Source: Octopus sinensis
Taxonomy: Eukaryota
NCBI RefSeq assembly: GCF_006345805.1
Contig: NW_021832606.1
Location: 45,668 to 109,667 of the forward strand
DNA: 64,000 bases
Direction of reading: 5' to 3'
The position numbers and the translations under genes were made by a program. The notes beneath the pieces were generated by a model that had not been told where the DNA came from, searched no databases, and saw only the letters and a program-made list of their open reading frames with translations. Shown here one piece after another: positions 54,458 to 64,000 of this stretch. Numbering within the stretch: the stretch's first letter is position 1; every line of letters begins with the position of its first letter.

Positions 54458-55787
54458 ATATACTGCCCACCAAAATATATTTTACCGCGCTAAACAAATT
54501 AATTTAATGTTTCTTAAAACTAATTTATAATTTATTAATATAAAGAACTAACTAACTTTTACTCCATCTTATATAAGTTGTTCTAAAATTACAATTAATT
54601 ATTTCATAAATTGTCGATTTGTGATCGGAAATATTATTTATTTATTAATAATAATTTCAATATTATTGATTAATTAAATTTCAGCAATAAATACGCAAGC
54701 GGTAAAAAATAAATCAAAACGCAGAAGCATTATCAATAATGTGCTTCCTTTCAACACGTACCTTCATTCCCTCTAATTTCTCCAGAATTGACAAACTGAG
54801 ACTGATGTGGAAATTCTTGGCACCAACTCCAACCACGACCTGACGGACCGCCAACTAAATTTGGTGTTGACTGCCTTCCTCAGACTTGCCTCGCCAAGTC
54901 CGAATTCAAACTGATTTTATAAAAATCCTGTGTTTGGAGGATGGGTGGTTTCCCTGCTTTTTGAGTTGGGGAGGTCTGACTGAGTGTTATAATATCCCAA
55001 TAAATTGTTACCTGAGTAGTGTAAGGCAGCAACACAAATTGATTGATCATTGGAAACCAATATTTGGTTTAATATTATTGACCAATCTATTGAGACATTC
55101 GATATAGTTCCATCCAAAGTACATTCGAAAAGTCGATTTTACTCAAATGTGATAAAATCAGCTTTTGTTTTCCTGTCGAAATATCGGATTTTAGTTTATT
55201 TTAATAAATATTAATGGCCATGACTGATATGTCTGTACATTTAGTGTATTTATTACGTCATTTTACCATTCAACAATGTCATCTCACTTGTCTTGACGTA
55301 CAAAACTTACGTCTCTCATAAAGTTCATTTTTATAGTTAAATGCACATACGTCGACAATCCAAATGTATAAAATAAACCGACTTTTGAGAAGTAGGTGTA
55401 TTCGAACAATATGATCATTCGAAATAGAAGTAGCAAAGTTGAAGATTGACTCGATGGACACATCAGAAATGTAGATTAACGTAACTTACACATCATGATT
55501 GGAGAAAAGGCAGATATAAATTACTGTGGTACATTCAGGAATGTCATTATAGATATTCTCAGCTTTATGGATCTTAACCTAGCACAATCAACTTTTGTAT
55601 TGCTCTAATCATTTTTGTGATTGATTAGATTTTTATTGTATAAAATTGATTTATGATATTTTTGAAATTATCGTAATTCTCAACTTATAAAAGTGTTTTA
55701 AAATTAACTCAGAGGATAATAATTCGAACTAGAAAATGGCGGATAATAACTGGGAGAATATCACATGTAACATTACTAATAAATGTG

Positions 55788-57331
55788 TTAAAAATTAACT
55801 CCAAGAGCGAACTGAAATCCCCGACAAGTCCTAAAAATAATAAGACAGACGACCTGTCATGAGCAGCCGACACAACCGGCACCACAAAATTGCATTCGAC
55901 ACGACACACATTGGCCAGTGAAGTGACCATCCCCACCCCCACAGCCAACCTGTAATCCCCCAACAACTCAGACACGCCAGAAAATGCACAAGACAAGGCC
56001 CCACTATTGACAAACGTTTGGAGAGTAAATAATCGGTTGAGAGGATGTGAGGACGACAGAAAGGGGAATGGGAAATACAAATGAGCGTTGGCAGTCCAAA
56101 AGACATTCCCGCCGAGCATTGCGTCTACATCCATTACATCACCAATTAACCATCGGAGGACGGACCCAGCCCGTTCAGTTGAAACCCCCGCAGCCTCAAC
56201 GGCCCTCCGTGGAAATACCGGTCGCAGAGGTTGGACTCCCCCGAACCAGGCAAAACAATTCCGCCGCCCAATTTCAACTCGATAAGCTACACAATCATCT
56301 TATTAATATACGTATTTTTCTATCGGTTCGACACACGCAAGCAACGAAACTTCATTGCTCACAAAACAAGTATCCCCTCCCAGTCCAGCCAATTCCTAAA
56401 TATATTACAATTATTAATATTGGAAATATATCGATGTGGAGACCTGGGTTAACTTGAAAGCGAATCCGGGTGTGGGGACGAGGAGATCCGCACAAGTGGA
56501 CGTAGAGAACACGTGCTGGAAAATAAAAAGAATATTACTTTGATGGAGGACTTGAGACTGTGTCCGAATTGTCCCCTCACGTCGAAGGATACGTCTTTCC
56601 CACCCAGTCCACCCAAATGTCTCCACACTCCCTCCCAACGAAGGCTGTGAGTACCAAATCGGGAGTTTGTCTGCAGTTAAGGGACCCCCTAACCAAATAC
56701 TCAGCCAAGATCCCCGTTCCCGTAAGTCTGGATGTGTTCCAATCATGTTCCTGACTTTGACGGAATAACTCAATAGATATTCTTAATATTTCTACCAAAA
56801 ATGACCACCTTTTACTAAGATCAAAGCCGAATGGTTTCTCGGCCTTCAAAGAGAAGCTTTCTCCCTCAGTCCCACAACATAGGAAGACGACAATTCCTCG
56901 CACCTTCCGAGCGTGTTGGGCATATTCAGACTCCAGCTCTGCACACTCAGTGCAATAACAAACCAGAAAAGAGTCGGATTTGCCAGTAGACACGTCACAA
57001 CTTCCCGTCAGTCGGCCTTTCTCCTTCACATCAAAGGTTATGTCGTAAAGTGAAGGTTCCTCAGTGTTGGTCGTACCCACCACTACGTCAGTCTTGCTGA
57101 ATATTCCCAGAGAGTCCAATTTGAGCTTAGTTTCATGGGCCTTGGTGATCATCTGCCTTGATTAGATCTAGTGGGGTCACCAACGTCCTTCAAGTTCGAA
57201 CATTTGAATAAATCACGAATGTAGTTTATTAGGAAATGTCGTGATGTGCGCGATATTCCATCAAAGTGCACATTTTCCACAAAAGCAGGGATATTCTCTA
57301 GTTTGGTTATATTCGCCGAGTCGTTGGTCAT
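55788..57331 (-). CDS. SAMM50: SAMM50, second copy
   Basis: ORF-track translations identical to 30824-32367 at offset 24964. Confidence 0.85.
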
Positions 57332-57633
57332 CTATAACGTGGATAACAAACACGCCAAAAGTTGAAAATTTTATTATAATCAAAAATTTGTATCAAATGT
57401 CTGAAAAAGAAATGTAAAATATTATTTCTAGGACCTTAAATTACAAAATACAGTTGTTAATAAAAATGTGGAATCTGGTCTATGGCGCATACTCGGAGAA
57501 AGAATTCTTTTTTAATGCTAAAGTCATTATTAAACAAATTCTAATGAAACCAGAAATTGCGTTTTTGCGGTTCGTTCTTGACACAATAAGTTCGCTAAAA
57601 TTCGAAATATTTAAAAAATAGGTTTGTCCTCGA

Positions 57634-60271
57634 ATGTCCATAACTATTTCTGAACCGACTCAAAAAACAATTTTACTTCGAGTGGTTGTGCCAAAAACTA
57701 GTTCCGAAGTATTCACTTTGGTCGAATTTAGAAAGTAATAGAAGTCTGCCCATCCGCCTCCATTTGGGATGTCAAAACTCAAATAATCAATGAAATAGGC
57801 CACGTCAGTAAACTCGGAGTTTGACCTTAGCAGACTTTGAAGGATCCGTACAACTATGAGCTCCATCTCCACTCCAGACCCTACCGGGAGGGGGCGTTCC
57901 TGGAGGAGTCCAAGCATTTAAACGACTACCAAGTCGAATTTCCGATTGACACGATCACGGTTTGCCTACAGGACTAATCTTAGTTCAAAAAAATGAATAT
58001 AAAAAGAAAACTCGGAAAAGTTTGATTGCCATTTCACTTTTAGAAAAACCTGTCAAAGTTATTGAGTCACATTAAAGACAACAACTTGGAAATGGTCAGG
58101 AAAATCATTTCGTTGAGGTACAACATCAACGTGATCGACAAAGAGTCCGGAGGTTTGTCGTGTATTGTAATTGGTAGAGACACCATTGACCTTGGCCTCG
58201 CAAATCGGGGCGACGAGTTCTATAATCTCCGAAATGCACAAATATGGTGGATGCTTGTCTTATAGAAATGCCGAGTCCTTCGCTCCTCTCCACAAGGCGG
58301 CCCAATGCAACAATTTCCATGTCATCAAGGTATAGTAACGCACTCATCCTAGACACTCGTACACCTGGGGGGCTCGACCCTCATCAGGGACTGCTTCAAC
58401 CTCACTCCTCTCTACTATGCTGTCAAAAACATATCAAATCCAAAGCTGATTCAATTCCTGCTCGAAAACGGGTCTCCTGTCAATTGTGTGGACAGTACTG
58501 GCAAAACAGAGTTACATTACGTTTATGGTCTGCTTACTCACAGCGCAGGCTTGCACGTTTTGTTCCCTTGAGGCATTCGAGTTGCTGTTGAATTACGGGG
58601 CTGACATCAACGCGGAGGACGCAGAGGGCAACACTTGTCTTCATATTTGTGTCAAAATGAATAACGTATTTCCCACTATCACCCTCAGGCCACGGCTGTA
58701 GAGTTTTTGCTTCGAAAGGGGGCCAATCCGGGACTGTTAAACTTGGCGATGATGTCCCCGTACGACCTCGCTCTAAATAGTGACAAAAAGTCAATTTTGT
58801 CACTTTTTCCGGGAAAAAACAGTATTTCAGCAACTCTGAATATTAGTGACTACGAACCCTAAAGTCAGGTCTGACCGGCCTCCAAAACTGAGTCAACTAA
58901 AGTCTAACTGTACGATGATTTCTGCTTGGGAAAGCACGAAGAGTATGAAATTAAGTCCAAAGTCTTTCATGGGTTCATTAAATTCACTTTTTTCAAAAAA
59001 ATCAATTCTATCAAAATACTCACTCAGTTCTGTGTCAAGTTATCTTGTCGTGCCATAAACCTAAAGGACTGAGACTGGACTGCTCTGACTCGATCGACCT
59101 CCAGTCAATGGAACCGACTGCTAAATCATACGTCACCAAAACGCTATGGTTTTGCAGGCGATTCAGAAAATGTGGAATAGTTATTAGAGGAACTACAAGT
59201 TTGACACGTGTCTTTGAAGCTTGATAGAGAAAAGGAAACCAGAAGACCTTGATTCGGGGTTCTGTTCGATTCCGTCGTTCACTTTTGTCGAGTTAGTGGA
59301 GAAAGGGTCTGAAGAAATAAAGGCTGGTTTCAGGAAAAATGACTTTCTACTGGAGGTTACTCATATTTGTCGTCCATTAGTAAGATTGACGGGGTCGACG
59401 TACGATGTATGCACAAAACCAAGGTCCAAAGCATTATTCGCCAACGTGGAGTTGTTCAAACTTATAAAATTGCCTACGTCGAAGGCTCTGATGTGGCTGA
59501 GTCTGAGTACTTAACAAACCACTACGAAAGAACTCTGTCCACATTGACAACATCAAGAATTATTTCAAAGTGACAACTATGGTGTATTTTAGGCCAAAAA
59601 CCACAACTAGAAAATTGGAAAGTCTAATGAAGGACTACCCTCCTCCGGATACCTTCTCTTACGAGACAATAAAGACAATTGTTTTGCCCTCTTCTTTGAA
59701 CGCCCAGACGCGTATAATTCCCAAAAATGACATTTCCCCTCCTGAAGAGTTTATTTCAAAATTCCCAGAACGTGTTATATCAACTCCGAAAAAAAATTAC
59801 ACGCTAATCAGGGAACTTAAGCAAGTACTAAAAACAAGACAATTGCGAAAACAATCCTCACTTCCTCAGGAGATCAAATCTGACCGTTTGAATCAATTCA
59901 GACATAAAACTCACTCCATGTCCTCGCAAGGTGGAGAATCTGGTTACGTAGATTCTGTGAAACAGGGAAACGTGCTAACATACTCCACAAATTCCGATTC
60001 TTTCAACCACGGTGAAAATGGAAATTCTATCAGACAAAAATTATTTTTAAAATATGGAATTGATCCAAAATCTCTAGATGAAGACACCAGTGAAGGGGTG
60101 GCGATGCCCGTCAGTAGGAAAATCGCATATTCGTCTCAGGCAACTGTCCCAACGAACACGAGAGCAAGCAATAAAAAGCAGGATTTGACTTTGACACTGT
60201 CTTCAAACAGAATATCAAGATGGGTCGTTGGTGACATGTCGCCGCAAGGCTCTAAATATACCAACTTTTAA
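57634..60271 (+). CDS. SHANK: SHANK-like, second copy
   Basis: Identical to copy 1 except three substitutions in the tail (S>R, L>V, F>S). Confidence 0.78.
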
Positions 60272-61109
60272 AAACTAAATAACTTGTTGTTCTTATCGTT
60301 AAAGGCAATAAAAGTTATTTTAAACCCGCTATATTAATAATCAAACTGAGTCTGTATGCTCTTTTAATTGATTTACTAGTTGAATTCTATAAAAGGGTTT
60401 ATATTTTTAAATTAAATCAGTTTATGAGAAAACCTTCAGTATTGTAGGTTTAGGGTTAAATGCTCGACCTCATCTAAGGTATTTACAATTATTAAAGTTT
60501 TTTAAAAGAAATTTGATTTCGATTATTTGTTTGCTTTAAATAGAACGTTTTCGTGGGATTTATGACAAATTATACTATTCTACAAGAAAAGTCGGAACCT
60601 AAACTTGAGGGAATTTTAGTAGATTGATGTATCCTATTTTTACTGAGATTAAATATTTCAGAGACCAAATATAATTAATTCATCAATAGAAATTCTTTTT
60701 TTTATTTTAATGCTAAAAGAGAGCTTTAATTGATTCATTCAGAAAATATGAATCAATTATTAAAAATCTGTTTTTATTCAGAACCACTAAATTTTATCCA
60801 ACTCAGTAGTCGCCTTTCGCTAGGTGACTGTTATTATATTTTGAAAATTCTATTTAGGCAATACTAATTAACTTTTTCTATAAAATCCTTAGACATTATT
60901 GATTATATATCAGAAGGGGGATAATTTCTCAAGGAAACAGACAATGTAACTCCAGATGTTCTGCAGTCATAAAATCGTATTAAAAATTAATTTAGTAAAT
61001 TGTTATTTAAACATCAGCTTGTTTAAGAAAAGGAAAATTCGATTAGCGAAGTGACGCTCAGAAAAATATTTAAACATATGTGACACTTTTTTAAGCACTC
61101 GTGTGCATA

Positions 61110-64000
61110 ATGTCACTCGAAATAAGCAACCTACAATGTGGAGATACGTCAGCCTTTGGCGACATTCTCGACATTTACCTCAAAATAAAATTCAAAGGTT
61201 AAACAAATTTTACTCCAATTAGTCAATTTACTTGTTTATATCATTTTTAGGACGCAAAAAACAGACTCAGGTAATCAAAGGAGAGACAAAACCAAGATGG
61301 ACTGAGGTTAAGTCGATGACTGTAAAATAGAAATTATATTTTGCTGCTGAAGAACTTAGAGAAAGCGATGAAATCTCGATCACAGTTGTTGAATGGCAGA
61401 GAATAGGCAAAAACAAGTAGTACGTATAATAATCTGTAGGCATATTGGTACTGTTCAAACCATGTTGGAGGAGGTCGTTAAGACGGGGTCGGCAGAATAT
61501 CACCTTTTACTCGAACATGACAAGGCCAAGTCCGCGGTTTAGTAGCTTGAATATTCACCATAGTCCGTTTTTGTGGAGTTTAGTGTAAAATACGAAAAAC
61601 AAGGCATTGGTTCGAATGAAGCTGAAAGAAAAGCATCCTTTTATCGTATTTTTGAAAAATATACTCCTAAGCTCTCTACGACCATATTTTGGACACCGGA
61701 ACGGAAAAGTCTGAACAATTTAAAGAATCCTCAATTCGAAAAGCTAATTTTCTGAACAATTTATCGTCCAAAAAAGAAACTTTTCAGGTATTTTGGATAT
61801 TATTTTACAGGATTTAGGTGAGGGTCAAAGTTGTTGGGGCCCGCAACCTCCAGGGAGGAAACATAAGGCCAATATGCAGAATACTCTTTGGCCGCAAAAG
61901 AGACAGACCAGTGCAAAAAAGGGGAGTCAAAATCCAGAATGGAACCAAATTTTTTATTTTAATTTGTACATTTCACAAAAAGATTTGATGGAAGAAATAT
62001 TAGAATTTCAAGTTTAATTCTTATTGGATTAATCCTTGCAGGTTTTTGACTCGAAAAAACTAAGATCAGATGCATTTATTGGCGGCTTTAAGGCACTTTT
62101 TATTAAACTAAGCTAAAAGTGTGACATTGGAATAATCTACAAAGAAGAAGCCCACGCATTCGTCAACAAGTGGCTATTTCTTCACGTACCAAACGACGAT
62201 AGTCCAAAGGGGTTCTTAAAGACTTGTGTAGCGATTGTGGGCATTGGAGACGAGCCTCCAGTCTTTGTGAATTGTTCCGACGATGACATTGAATCGTCTA
62301 TTTTTAACTGTCAAAATTATAGGAATCTATTAAAGCCTGCGGGCGTAAATCTACGTCAGCATAATTTGGCTCTCAAATTATATTTGGCTGAGGATTTATG
62401 TCAGAGTGCTATAAATTGATTCTAATTATATTTAGTGGATTCCCAGTCTTATTCCACAATGAGAAAGTTATTCGGAGTAACAAAAGATGCCGAGAACTAC
62501 GTCGACCCCTACGTGATTTTTTCTTTTGCGGGGAAAAATGTAAATATAATTTTGATCATTTTAAGGTTAAATCAAGTGTCCATACCGGGACTGCTCGTCC
62601 GGATTTTATGGAAAGACTAAACATTAGCTTTATGGTAAATTTCAAGTCACAATTAGTTTCCTTCTTTGTGCGAAAACTTGAAAGTCACAATTATGGATTG
62701 GTTGTAAAAACTTGGTAACTAATCTTCAGGGATCGGATTACCGAAGATGATATAATCGGAGTATGTCCTCTCGCACTATCTACAATTTCAGCTTCTGGAG
62801 AAAATGGTTCATAAAGTTGTGAATAGTCTGGACAGGTTTTATGCCCACGTTTGGTCCTGCATATGTCAATATTTATGGTTCACATCGAGAATTCAAACTA
62901 ATGAACAACAAATTGGAATGTCTTAATAAAGGAAAGGGGGAAGGCTGTTCATATCGCGGAAGAATTCTATTCGAGCTACAAACAGTTCCACATGAACAAA
63001 AAATGACCCAAGTGACTCCTATCCCTGAGGAAGAACAAAAAATGATTTCTGTTCTTTTTTATAACTAAACACAGAGTTATATGGAAAGGCATAAATACAT
63101 TTTATATGGCATGATTCAAAGTGCAAACCTTATTAAGGAGAATAACGGACTTGTTCACTTTGAAATTAGCATTGGTTGTATCAGAGTTTTTATTTAGGAA
63201 ATTATGGAAATAGTTTCCCTGAAAAAATATATCCGACGTCAGTCACAGGACAGTTCTCTCCATTTTATGACGAAAACAATTATTTTTATATTCCATTCGG
63301 CAGCAGAAAGCCAGCATTGAGACTTGAATGTCATCTAGAGGACATTACTTACCGAATTGAGGCAAGTAATCAACTCAAGTATATTCTCAAAAAATTGGTA
63401 TGCCCTTGAAATAATAAATTATAGACTTTACTCATAGTTCATATTCAGGAAAACCATCGAAACGACATTGAATATTTGAAACAAGCGAATGATGCAATTG
63501 TAGGGATTCGCGATTTCATCGACATGTGCCAGTTGTATTAACCCCTTCATTCTTAAGGGAGGACATCCCGACACTTGGAGGAAGAACAGACACTCTACTT
63601 GACATTAAACTTTATGAAATGAGGAAAGATAGTCTGAAAAGTATTGCACTTCGCGCATTGAAATTGATGCGGACAGCAACTCAGATTCAAATCGTTCTCG
63701 ACGAACTAGAAAAATATGCCTATGAAATACAGAAGCTTATAAACGACGTAAAACATTCGAAATAAAGATCTTAGCCACAACTGTCAATCCCTGATGTTAT
63801 CATTTGGATGATTTCTGAGCAAAAAAGAATTGCATTTGCTAGAATAAACGCTTGCGAAATATTTTACTCTGAGCATAATTTGAGGATTGGAGAATTTTGT
63901 TGGAAGAAAAAAAAGATTTTCCTATACGTTCACGTGATTAAATCATCATTTCAGAGACCTGCACTCAGGAAAAAATATAAACATCAACTGGCCAAGATCG
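61110..64000 (+). CDS. Ferlin, second copy, 5' part; 1-nt deletion in the C2B exon as assembled
   Basis: Matches 36139-39031. gccgcaaaagagacag versus gccgcaaaaggagacag in copy 1 shifts the frame near 61895 (real or sequencing error). Confidence 0.75.

Larger units (their letters stand above)
54462..64000 (+). repeat. Direct duplicate of 29478-39031 (>=9.5 kb, runs off window)
   Basis: actgcccaccaaaa start at both 29478 and 54462. ORF track repeats with offset 24964-24971. The window end matches 39031. Confidence 0.96.

Overview
Eukaryotic, almost certainly metazoan DNA from a compact genome with very short (mostly 22-28 nt) spliceosomal introns. A reduced parasite lineage such as Myxozoa, Dicyemida or Orthonectida is an inference, not an identification. 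Genes were reconstructed by hand across the micro-introns: SLC9B/NHA antiporter (cut by window start), NEDD8-like, RTCB, a small CaaX-type protein, mitochondrial AsnRS, a stand-alone cytochrome b5 domain, MRE11, SAMM50, a reduced SHANK-like scaffold, a DysF-containing ferlin, a divergent eIF1 and a kinesin-14-like protein lacking its ATPase motifs. Transposon relics fill the gaps: Tc1, two hAT types, RTE, RLE-type and Jockey-like LINEs, and a SINE-like retroposon. There is also a family of TGT...ACA elements with 5-bp TSDs (Ginger/TDD-like); one appears to enclose a 2.5-kb array of a telomere-like 60-mer and has RFX X-box-like motifs in its ends. A 9-copy 169-bp satellite joins the Jockey-like LINE to a second copy (54462 to window end) of the 29478-39031 block, which is either a real segmental duplication or a haplotype assembled in tandem.
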